Source: Treponemataceae bacterium (lineage in GTDB: Bacteria; Spirochaetota; Spirochaetia; Treponematales; Rectinemataceae). From it: a DNA stretch of 64,000 nt. This document shows positions 10,012 through 18,180 of this stretch, piece after piece. Location: assembly GCA_963677895.2 (NCBI GenBank), contig CAXXGJ010000025.1, positions 160,001 through 224,000 of the forward strand, read 5' to 3'. The notes below the pieces were generated by a model. It saw only the letters and a program-made list of their open reading frames with translations, searched no databases and was not told the DNA's origin. A program made the position numbers and the translations under genes. The stretch's first letter is position 1; the number at the start of each line of letters is the position of its first letter.

Positions 10012-10476
10012 TTACAGCCCTTCCAGGATCTTCGCGGCGTGGCCGGCTGGCGTCACCTTCGGGAAGACCTTCGCCACGATGCCGTCGCCGCCGATTACGA
10101 AGGTCGAGCGGATCACTCCCAGCACCTTCTTGCCGTACATCATCTTCTCGCCCCAGGCGCCATACGCCGCAAGGACCTTTTTCTCCGGGTCCGAGAGGAG
10201 GACGAAAGGAAGCTCGTATTTTTTCCTGAACTTCGCGTGGGCGGCGGGCGAATCCGGACTCACCCCTACGACGCGAATGCCTCGCTTCGCGAATTCGCCG
10301 TAATTGTCGCGGAATGAACAGGCTTCCACCGTGCATCCGGGCGTATCGTCGCGGGGATAGAAATACAGGATAAAACCGGGTGTCCACGGACCGCCGCACA
10401 AGTCACCAAGCGTCCAGAGTTCCCCCTCCTCGTCGGCCAGGGAAAAATCGGGCGCCTTCATGCCTTTCTCGATCAT
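10012..10476 (-). CDS. bcp: Peroxiredoxin Bcp/PrxQ
   Basis: LYFYPRDDTPGCTVEAC, GVSPD, RSTFVI; start MIEKG after GGAGG. Confidence 0.92.
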   Translation of the reverse strand: MIEKGMKAPDFSLADEEGELWTLGDLCGGPWTPGFILYFYPRDDTPGCTVEACSFRDNYGEFAKRGIRVVGVSPDSPAAHAKFRKKYELPFVLLSDPEKKVLAAYGAWGEKMMYGKKVLGVIRSTFVIGGDGIVAKVFPKVTPAGHAAKILEGL

Positions 10477-10587
10477 GTTATGCCTCCGTGCGTTCCATAC
10501 TACTCCGCTTCCGTCACAGCCCACACTATCTCATGAGCCCTCTCGGCGAGGCAATCGACGCCGTCGCCGAGCATCCTCAGCCCAAGA

Positions 10588-11040
10588 TCAGCTCTTCTTT
10601 ATCGGAAAGTAGATCACCGTCTCAAGCTTTTCGGGAGGCGTATCCTCGGGGGAATTGAGATATTCCTCGAACATGAAGGTCTCCATCTGGACGCCTTTTT
10701 CCTTTACGAAAGCCGTCAGGGCGTTGTAGGTTTCCTCGAGAGTCGTGTACGGCCCCGTATGTTTGGCCGTCGCGAAGGAACCTCCATGCAGCGTGCTCGC
10801 GGCGACCCTGCCCTCGCCGGCTGCGGCCTTGGACAAGGGGAAGCCGACCTCGACGTCCAGGTCGTTCATGTCCATGTTGTAGTAAATGACGAAGGGCGCT
10901 CCGGCGAAGGGAATGCCGCTTTTACCCATGTACGCGGCGATCTCCCCGTACATCGCGCCCATCGTGCTCGGCAGCTCCGACACCGGTGTCCGGTAGCGGA
11001 CGGACAGCGTGGGTGTCTCCTTCCTTTCAATGATCTGCAT
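10588..11040 (-). CDS. GyrI-like small-molecule-binding protein
   Basis: GAPFVIYYN, DVEVGFP, HTGPY..L..TY, EEYLNSP..LETVIYFP. Confidence 0.85.
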   Translation of the reverse strand: MQIIERKETPTLSVRYRTPVSELPSTMGAMYGEIAAYMGKSGIPFAGAPFVIYYNMDMNDLDVEVGFPLSKAAAGEGRVAASTLHGGSFATAKHTGPYTTLEETYNALTAFVKEKGVQMETFMFEEYLNSPEDTPPEKLETVIYFPIKKS

Positions 11041-11087
11041 ACCAACCTCCATAATCTAATGATGGTTCGATGATGGCATGGGGTATA

Positions 11088-11103
11088 TGACAGCTGTATG
11101 TCG
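11088..11103. promoter_or_regulatory. Candidate WYL-regulator site
   Basis: TGACA-GCTGTA-TGTCG upstream of the GyrI-like gene; related CGATAGCTGTTGTCA at 12107-12121. Confidence 0.5.
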
Positions 11104-11116
11104 GGGATAAAATCGA

Positions 11117-12052
11117 TTATTCGTAAATTCGCGAAATTTGTCCGGCCACGGTCTTGATTATGTCTCGTAGATGGGGAGGTTCGAGCACCTCGACAAAGGC
11201 GCCATAGCTGAGGATGTAGCCGTACATCCACCCGTCCTCCGGCATCCGCGTTCTGACGATGAGCCCGCCGTCCTCGGTTCGTTCCAAATCTTCCTTATTG
11301 TAGAACTCTTCCACCAAGGGAACCATCTTTTCAGAGAATTTCAAGGTCAATTCCATGACGTTTCCCGTCTTCTCCGGCGCGTTATCGCGGGAAAAATCCT
11401 CAAAACTTTGACTCCGTCGCCGGAACCGTTCACCCAGGATTTCCGGCTCCCGGATCCGCGATATCCGGAAAAGTCGATACCCTTCCCGGAGACGGCAGTA
11501 GGCGTAGAGATACCAGGCGCGCCACTGGAACACGATCGTCATCGGTTCCACGATCCGCGATTCGCGCTCCAAACGGTTGTTGGTATAGTCCATCTTGAGA
11601 AGCCGTCCCGAGTTCACCGCGGCCTGGACGGTCTTGAATGCTTGTCGCTGGTCCGGCCCTCCGCCGAGCATGCTGAAATCGATGTGGAGCTTTTCTTCCC
11701 GATCCTTGAAATCTCCATCCTCGGCCGTCGGCACGAGGCCGCGCATCTTCTCCAGGGTATCGTCGATCCGCTGGTCGTCCAGCGAGTCACCGATGCCGCG
11801 CAGGGCGGTGATGATGAAGAAGAGGTCGTCCACGGTCACCAGGCGCCGGTCCATCTTATAGCCGTCCATGATGCCGTAGCCGCCCGACGGTCCCTGGACG
11901 CTGATCACCGGTATTCCCGCGAGGTTTATGGCTTCCATGTCCCGCTGGATGGTCCTGACCGAAACGCCGAAGCGCTCGGCCAGTTTGCCGGCGCTCGCCA
12001 GATCGCGGTTGAGAAGGTAGACAACAATGGACAGGAGCCGGTCAATTTTCAT
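11117..12052 (-). CDS. YafY family HTH-WYL-WCX regulator
   Basis: MKIDRLLSI..LAERFGVSVRTIQRD, RIVEP, AWYLYAYC, FRISRI, VEVLEP. Confidence 0.92.
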   Translation of the reverse strand: MKIDRLLSIVVYLLNRDLASAGKLAERFGVSVRTIQRDMEAINLAGIPVISVQGPSGGYGIMDGYKMDRRLVTVDDLFFIITALRGIGDSLDDQRIDDTLEKMRGLVPTAEDGDFKDREEKLHIDFSMLGGGPDQRQAFKTVQAAVNSGRLLKMDYTNNRLERESRIVEPMTIVFQWRAWYLYAYCRLREGYRLFRISRIREPEILGERFRRRSQSFEDFSRDNAPEKTGNVMELTLKFSEKMVPLVEEFYNKEDLERTEDGGLIVRTRMPEDGWMYGYILSYGAFVEVLEPPHLRDIIKTVAGQISRIYE

Positions 12053-12171
12053 GATGATTGGTTTGAAGCATGGTTCGCGCGGCTTCCCCTTGTCAAGGTA
12101 AACCGCCGATAGCTGTTGTCATTTTTTGTTACTTTTTTTAAATACTTAGTCTGTTTTTGTAACAAATAGGC

Positions 12172-12201
12172 TTGACAGTTTCATAGATAGTTACATATAC
12201 T
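12172..12201 (+). promoter_or_regulatory. Sigma70 promoter for the small membrane protein/PaaX-like unit
   Basis: TTGACA-18 nt-TATACT surrounded by GTTAC/GTAAC repeats. Confidence 0.6.
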
Positions 12202-12239
12202 CTACACATAGTTATTTTCAGTAACAATAGGAGCGCGTT

Positions 12240-12482
12240 ATGCCCAAGTTTACCTTCAATCTCGGCAGTTTTATCGTGAATGTGGCGATCGGGTGGTTTC
12301 TCATGTCCTTCATGCAGGCGGCGATAGGCGCTTTACGCGCGGGCGCGCGAAACGATATCATTCCACGTTTCAAGACTATCGCCTTTTTCCACGATAGGCC
12401 TGCCGCGATACTCAATATCGCCATCATGGCGGGGATCTGGATCGTTACGACGACGCTGTATTTTACCCTGAAGCGAAGGTAG
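12240..12482 (+). CDS. Small two-TM membrane protein
   Basis: AGGAG RBS, two hydrophobic helices, 8 nt gap to the next gene. Confidence 0.65.
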   Translation: MPKFTFNLGSFIVNVAIGWFLMSFMQAAIGALRAGARNDIIPRFKTIAFFHDRPAAILNIAIMAGIWIVTTTLYFTLKRR

Positions 12483-12490
12483 GGCACCCG

Positions 12491-13357
12491 ATGGCGAATA
12501 CGCCCGCTTTCATGAAAGCCTTTCCCCTCACCGCGAGGGCGGCGGTGCACACCCCGCTCGTCTTCCGCGCGGGGCTCTACGCCGCGGACGGCCTGCCCTG
12601 GCCCTCCCTCGAGGGAATCCGGGATTTCGCCCATTTCGCGGGGGTAGAGGATGGGGCTATCCGCACCGCCCTTTCGCGGGGCAAGCGCGACGGATCGCTT
12701 GTCGTGGAAGCTGATCCCGCGGGCCGCAATCGATATTCCCTCGCGCCCGCGACTTTCGCCATGGGAACCGCCCAGATCCGCGCGGATCAGAGACCGGAAG
12801 GTTTTCTGCTCGCGGTTTTCTCGTTTACCACGCCGGAGCAGGAAGAGCGCGCCTCGCTGCGCGCGCTGCTCAAATCCTTCGGTTTCCGGAAGCTGGCGCA
12901 GAATACCTATATCCATGGCAGGATCGAAACCGAAGGGCTCCATGCCGCTATCCGCGAGCTCGGGCTCGAGAACAATTTTTTCCTTTTCACCTGTCCTGAT
13001 ATCGATGACGAAAACCTTGTCGCCCGCGTGATTTCGCTCTTCGATCTGGAGTCGCGACGGAAGAAGTTAGGCGAATACTTTAGCCTTTTGAAGGATTTTC
13101 TTCCCGAGAAGCTATCGCGGGCTGTCGCCGCTGGCGACGATGCCGCTGGCGACAACGCCGCGGGCGACGAATTCGCGCGAAGGCTTCTCTACATCGGAGC
13201 GGTGCATTGGGAACATGTCGAGGCGAGCGAACCGCCCATTCCCGCGAAGTATCTTCCGGCCGACTACGCTTTCAAGGAGATCCAGGCTTTCTACGGCCGG
13301 AAGCTCGAAGAAGGACGCGCCGCGACGCTCGGATACTTCCGGAGGGTGTTCGCCTAG
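12491..13357 (+). CDS. PaaX-like transcriptional regulator
   Basis: GVEDGAIRTALSR wHTH, AVFSF..ERASLRALLKSFGFRKL, EPPIPAKYLPADY. Confidence 0.75.
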   Translation: MANTPAFMKAFPLTARAAVHTPLVFRAGLYAADGLPWPSLEGIRDFAHFAGVEDGAIRTALSRGKRDGSLVVEADPAGRNRYSLAPATFAMGTAQIRADQRPEGFLLAVFSFTTPEQEERASLRALLKSFGFRKLAQNTYIHGRIETEGLHAAIRELGLENNFFLFTCPDIDDENLVARVISLFDLESRRKKLGEYFSLLKDFLPEKLSRAVAAGDDAAGDNAAGDEFARRLLYIGAVHWEHVEASEPPIPAKYLPADYAFKEIQAFYGRKLEEGRAATLGYFRRVFA

Positions 13358-14754
13358 GGGACGATGAGAATTTGGAGGTCGCAAACGTTCGTGTTCGTCG
13401 GCCCCGTTCGCAAGAGTCCGCTTATTTTATCGAAGAACGCGTAGGAATTGTTGTCGGCCAGGTAGGCGTCGGGATCGAGACCCGCTGTCCTGGCTCGCCC
13501 GAGCAGCGACACGGACGCGAACGCTCCCGCCGCGTCGGTCGGCCCGTCGGAGCCGTCCGTCGATGCGGCGAGGAAAACAAGGCCGCCTGAGTCCTTGGGA
13601 GCGCGCGCCATAGCGGCGAGGAAGGCGAGCGCCATCTCCTGGTTGCGCCCTCCCTTTCCTTTTCCGCGGAGCGTCACTGTGGTCTCTCCCCCGACGAGGA
13701 GACAAGCGGGGCGCCGGAGCGGGAAGCCCGAAACGGCTATATCCTTGCCGATTCCCAAGAGCATGAGCGCCGCCTCGCGGGCTTCTCCGGTAAGGCGGGA
13801 GGTCAGGACCAACGTCGAATAGCCGAGATCGCGAGCTTTTGATTCCGCGGCCATGAGAGCGAGCCGGTTCGTGCCTATGAGTAGGTTTCGGGTTCGCGCG
13901 AAGACTGGATCCTCCGCCTTGGGGGTGTCGGCGGGCGCATCCAATCCCCCCGCGGCGCCGTGCCGAAGCAGATCCGCGACGGCCGACGGTAATGCCGCCT
14001 CGATGCCTCGTCGCTTGACGATCGCCAGCGCGTCGGCCCATGTGGTCGGATCAGGCGCCGTCGGCCCCGAGGCTATGGCGTCGAGATCGTCGCCGATTAC
14101 GTCCGAAAGGATGAGCGACACGACCGTAGCAGGCGCGAAGGCGGCAGCGAGCCTGCCTCCTTTGACCGCCGAAAGGTGCTTTCTGACGCAGTTCACCTCT
14201 TGTATCGGAGCCCCGGAGCCGAGGAGCAGCGATGTGGTCGCGGCCTTATCCTCGAGCGAAATACCGCGCGCGGGCGCGCAGAGAAGCGCCGAGCCGCCTC
14301 CGGATATAAGGACGATCGCCAAGGTCCTCTCGTCGGCGCCCCTGGCCAGCGCCAGAACCGCCTTTGCCGCGGTCACGGAGCTCACGTCGGGGACGGGGTG
14401 CGAGGCTTCGAGCAACGCGACGCTCGCCACGCGATCGAGTTGGCCCCTTTTCACCACCACGGAGCCGCCCGCCAGAAGCGGCTCCGCGACGGTCCCGGCC
14501 AGGGCTTCTTCGAGGCCTCGCGCCATGCTCGCGCCGGCTTTGCCGAATCCGGTCACGATAATCCGGTCATATCCCGCGAGGTCGTAACTTGCCTTCTCGA
14601 GCCCGTTCCCGAAAGTAATCGCCCCGCCCTCGACTCGCACGGAGTCTCGTACCATGGCGGCGGGGTCGACCCTGGCCAGGGCCGCGCGGAAAATTACCTC
14701 CGCGTCGCGCGAGGCCTTTCCCTCGCGGCGGGCGCTTTCGTTCACATCGATCAT
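13354..14754 (-). CDS. Glycerate 2-kinase (MOFRL/GckA/TtuD type)
   Basis: GFGKAG, EASHPVPD, LISGGGSAL, SDVIGD, GGETTV, GGRNQE, TDGSDGPT, TGPTNTNVCD. Confidence 0.92.
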   Translation of the reverse strand: MIDVNESARREGKASRDAEVIFRAALARVDPAAMVRDSVRVEGGAITFGNGLEKASYDLAGYDRIIVTGFGKAGASMARGLEEALAGTVAEPLLAGGSVVVKRGQLDRVASVALLEASHPVPDVSSVTAAKAVLALARGADERTLAIVLISGGGSALLCAPARGISLEDKAATTSLLLGSGAPIQEVNCVRKHLSAVKGGRLAAAFAPATVVSLILSDVIGDDLDAIASGPTAPDPTTWADALAIVKRRGIEAALPSAVADLLRHGAAGGLDAPADTPKAEDPVFARTRNLLIGTNRLALMAAESKARDLGYSTLVLTSRLTGEAREAALMLLGIGKDIAVSGFPLRRPACLLVGGETTVTLRGKGKGGRNQEMALAFLAAMARAPKDSGGLVFLAASTDGSDGPTDAAGAFASVSLLGRARTAGLDPDAYLADNNSYAFFDKISGLLRTGPTNTNVCDLQILIVP

Positions 14755-15446
14755 CGCGACTTCCTTTTCTTTGTCTGTTGGTTTGCTAGGGCGACCTTCG
14801 CCAGCTCCGCGTTCCTGGCGCATTGTGGAGATGAGGAGAGGGCGAAGGCTCGCTCAAAGAACGGGAGCGCCCGCTCGGGCATATGGAGTTCGTTGAGAAG
14901 GATCGCTCCCGCGTTGTTGAGCGCCGGCCAATAGCTCGGGTCAAGCCGGAACGCTTCCTCGAAAGCGGATACCGCCTCCTCGAGTCGGCCGGTTGACCTG
15001 GTCGCCTGAGCTTCCTCGAATTTGACATGACCGAGGCGGCTCCGCTCGAACGCCGCGCGATCGGCGCAGATAGCCTCCCGGATCCCAACGAGATCCGCCG
15101 AAGAAGCGCGGATCCCCGACGATGGTGAGGCCTCCGGCTCGGCGAGCGCCGCGCGGTAACGGCGAAGCGCCTCTTCACGACAGCCGGCGGCGTAAGCTAA
15201 ATCGCCTAACGCGCAATGGCGGTGATAGGAGGGTCCGAAAAGTTCCTCCTCGCGCGCGAGGTAACGTTTCGCCCCTTCGACATCCCCCTTCGCGAGGAGG
15301 ATAACCCCAAGATTGCGGAGGACGCGGATCGTCTCGCCCTCGCGAGCGAGGAGCTTCCGGAAGCGCGCCTCCGCCTTGTCGTAGTCTCCGGAGACATAGG
15401 CATTGAGGCCCATGCGCTCGTGAAATGATGCGATAATATCGCGCAT
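14751..15446 (-). CDS. TPR-repeat protein
   Basis: TPR helices (GDYDKAEARF, NLGVILL..GDVEGA, ALNNAGAILL); overlaps the kinase start. Confidence 0.75.
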   Translation of the reverse strand: MRDIIASFHERMGLNAYVSGDYDKAEARFRKLLAREGETIRVLRNLGVILLAKGDVEGAKRYLAREEELFGPSYHRHCALGDLAYAAGCREEALRRYRAALAEPEASPSSGIRASSADLVGIREAICADRAAFERSRLGHVKFEEAQATRSTGRLEEAVSAFEEAFRLDPSYWPALNNAGAILLNELHMPERALPFFERAFALSSSPQCARNAELAKVALANQQTKKRKSR

Positions 15447-15457
15447 GGGCCCGCCTT

Positions 15458-16789
15458 TTAGAAGATGAAGGACATGATCCAGATCGCCGCTATCGCGACG
15501 ACGCCCTCAATCGCTGTAGCCGAGGTGTAGACCTTGTAGGCGATGTTCACCTCCATATTGGAGAACTGAGACACGACCCAGAAGTAGGAATCATTGGCAT
15601 GAGACACCACCATCGAGCCGGCGCCGATAGCTATGGCGCAAAGAGCGGGGTCCAGCCCGAGGGTCGCCATCATGGGGGCGAGGATGCCCGAAGTCGTGAC
15701 GATGGCGACGGTGGACGAGCCCTGGGCCGTCTTCAAGGCCGCGGCGATCACGAACGGCAGGAATATGCCGAGGTTCATATTGGCCATGTTCATCTTTATG
15801 AAATCAGCGATGGGCGATTTCGCGAGGACCTCCCCGAAGGAGCCGCCCGCCGCGGTAATCACGAGGATGATAGCCGAATCCTTGATGCCCTCGCCCATCC
15901 AGGTGCTGATCGCTTCGCCCATTCCTCCCTTCTTGACGAGGAAGAGAGAGACGAGGACGCCGAGCATAAGAGCGACGACAGGGTCGCCGAGGAAAGAACA
16001 GGCCAGCTTGAAGCCGCCCTCCCCGAAGGGATGGGTCGGGTACTCGGCCAGTGTCTTGGCGAAGATGAGGATAAGGGGGAATACGATCGGCATGAAGGAA
16101 AGGAAGGTGTTCGGGAGTTTGCCGTATTTTTTGAGGATGTCGGAATAGGTTTCCTTGACGTCGGGATCGATCTGGTATTTCTTCGCGACTTTGAGAGCCC
16201 AGAAGAGGCCCGCGAGGGAAGCGGGTATGGCGGCGATGAGTCCGTAGACGATGACGAGCCCCAGGTCGGCGTTGAGGGCGGCCGCCGCGGCGAGCGGACC
16301 CGGCGTGGGCGGAACCATCGTGTGCGTCGCGTAGAGACCCGTTGCGAGAGCTACGGCCATGACAGCCATCGAGGTACCGGTCTCCTTGGCGAGGGCTTTG
16401 TTGAGCGGGTTCAAAATCACATAGCCCGAATCGCAGAAGACGGGAATCGATACCACGTAGCCGGCGATGTTCATTGCCAACGGCGCGCGCTTCTTGCCTA
16501 CGACCTTCAGAATAGCCTCGGTCATGGACAGGGCGGCGCCCGTGCGTTCAAGAATGGTGCCCATGATGGTGCCCGCTACGATGACGATGCCGATCTTGGT
16601 CAAGGTCCCGCCGAAACCGTTCTTGATGTAGGTGACAACATCGAGCGGCTTGATGCCGATCGCGAAGCCGTAGAAGAACGCGATGCCGATAAGCACGAGA
16701 AAGGCGTTCACTTTGTACTTACCAGTGAGGACGATGATGATCGCCACCGCGATCAACAAGTAGATAAGAGCTAATCCGCCGGAAACCAT
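15458..16789 (-). CDS. GntP family permease (glycerate/gluconate type)
   Basis: SIPVFCDSG, HTMVPPTPGP, KTAQGSSTVA, SHANDSYFW. Confidence 0.92.
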   Translation of the reverse strand: MVSGGLALIYLLIAVAIIIVLTGKYKVNAFLVLIGIAFFYGFAIGIKPLDVVTYIKNGFGGTLTKIGIVIVAGTIMGTILERTGAALSMTEAILKVVGKKRAPLAMNIAGYVVSIPVFCDSGYVILNPLNKALAKETGTSMAVMAVALATGLYATHTMVPPTPGPLAAAAALNADLGLVIVYGLIAAIPASLAGLFWALKVAKKYQIDPDVKETYSDILKKYGKLPNTFLSFMPIVFPLILIFAKTLAEYPTHPFGEGGFKLACSFLGDPVVALMLGVLVSLFLVKKGGMGEAISTWMGEGIKDSAIILVITAAGGSFGEVLAKSPIADFIKMNMANMNLGIFLPFVIAAALKTAQGSSTVAIVTTSGILAPMMATLGLDPALCAIAIGAGSMVVSHANDSYFWVVSQFSNMEVNIAYKVYTSATAIEGVVAIAAIWIMSFIF

Positions 16790-16845
16790 GAGTTAACCTC
16801 CTGCTCGATGGGTAATAGCGAAGGTTTTAGTATGGGACGATTTCT

Positions 16846-16904
16846 ATTATAAGGAAATGGAAAAAGAATCAGACCTGCTCATTGAAAACTATGCACCGTG
16901 CACA
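16846..16904 (-). promoter_or_regulatory. GntP promoter -10 with an upstream CdaR-type palindrome
   Basis: TATAAT at 16846-16851 (minus); TATGCA-CCG-TGCACA at 16890-16904. Confidence 0.6.
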
Positions 16905-16918
16905 GTTCTTGCCTTGGA

Positions 16919-18070
16919 TTATTTCGATTCAGAGAGTTCCAGGAAGCGAAAGAACAAGGCGGCGAGATCGCGGGCGCGGGAGTCAACCCTCGGGTCCGCC
17001 CCGATGAGCGAGCTGTAGCGATCGAGTCGCGCGGCAAGGGTGTTGCGATGAACGCCGAGGGATCCGGCCGCCTCCTTGACGTTGAATCCGCTTTCGACGA
17101 GCGCTTCGAACGAAGGAAGGAAATCGGCGGCGAGATCGGGGAGCAAGAACGACGTCAGGGGAGCGAAAGCGTTCACCAACTCGGCGCGCGGTATCTGCGC
17201 GATGAAGTATTCCATGAGCCTGCGGTGCGCGAAGAGGACCGGCTCTCCTTGTTCCGGATAACGGGAAGCCAGCCAGGCGGCTTGCCGGTATGCCCCGCGA
17301 TAGCGCGCGATATCGGTCTGGAACATCCCCACGTAGGCGCGTAAGCGTATCCGCCCCCCGAGGGCTTGCCGCGAGGCAGCCAGGTAATCCTCGATTTGCG
17401 ACTCGAATTCGGCGAAAATGCCCTGTTTGGAAAGCCGGATGGTCTTGAAGACGAAGATCGCACCATCGTTGGTCACCGACGAAAGATCCTCGGGACTGTG
17501 GAGACTGTTGCGCTTAATCGCCTTGAGCGTTGCCGCGGGGTCGAACCCTTCGCCCACATGGATGAGAATGGGGGCGCGAGGGAGCGCGACATCGTAGCCG
17601 AGCTTGGCGGCAAGGGCGGACGCGGCGTACCTCGGCGTTACGTCCTCGTAGAGCAAGTAGTTCAGAAGTGTGTTCTTGCTGTCTTGACGCCTAAGCATGA
17701 GATCTTTATAGAGTTCGAGTTCGACCATGGTTTCGACGCTTGTCTTCACCGCGTAAGCGACAGGCTCTACGACCGAAGGCTCGCCGGTGACGCCGACGAC
17801 GCCGATCACCTCGCTCTTGTAGAGGATCGGCAAGTTGACCCCGGGCTTGACGCCAGCGGGAAGATATTCGCTCGGTTCCACGGTCTCGATCGCCCCGCCC
17901 GACTGGACGAGCCGATGCGCGGCCTCATGGTAACTCCCCACCCTGGATTGGTCGCGGCTCGCGATAATGACTCCGTCCCTGTTCATTATGTTGATGTTAT
18001 AGTCTATGCGTTCGCCGAGACGCCGCACGAAAGCGGCTGCCAAAGCAGGATCGAGTCTCGTCGTTTCCAT
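16919..18070 (-). CDS. cdaR: CdaR/SdaR sugar-diacid recognition regulator
   Basis: YNINIMNRDGVIIAS.D.SRVG..HEAA, KPGVNLPI, GVVGVTG, C-terminal LGVHRNTL HTH; start at METT. Confidence 0.88.
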   Translation of the reverse strand: METTRLDPALAAAFVRRLGERIDYNINIMNRDGVIIASRDQSRVGSYHEAAHRLVQSGGAIETVEPSEYLPAGVKPGVNLPILYKSEVIGVVGVTGEPSVVEPVAYAVKTSVETMVELELYKDLMLRRQDSKNTLLNYLLYEDVTPRYAASALAAKLGYDVALPRAPILIHVGEGFDPAATLKAIKRNSLHSPEDLSSVTNDGAIFVFKTIRLSKQGIFAEFESQIEDYLAASRQALGGRIRLRAYVGMFQTDIARYRGAYRQAAWLASRYPEQGEPVLFAHRRLMEYFIAQIPRAELVNAFAPLTSFLLPDLAADFLPSFEALVESGFNVKEAAGSLGVHRNTLAARLDRYSSLIGADPRVDSRARDLAALFFRFLELSESK

Positions 18071-18180
18071 TACCGCGAGTATACACCGGGCGCGCGCGGG
18101 CGAACAATCGTCGAACCGATCAACGGCTTGCCGAGTTTCCGACTTGCCCATGGACGCGTTGGCGGATACAATATCGCATC

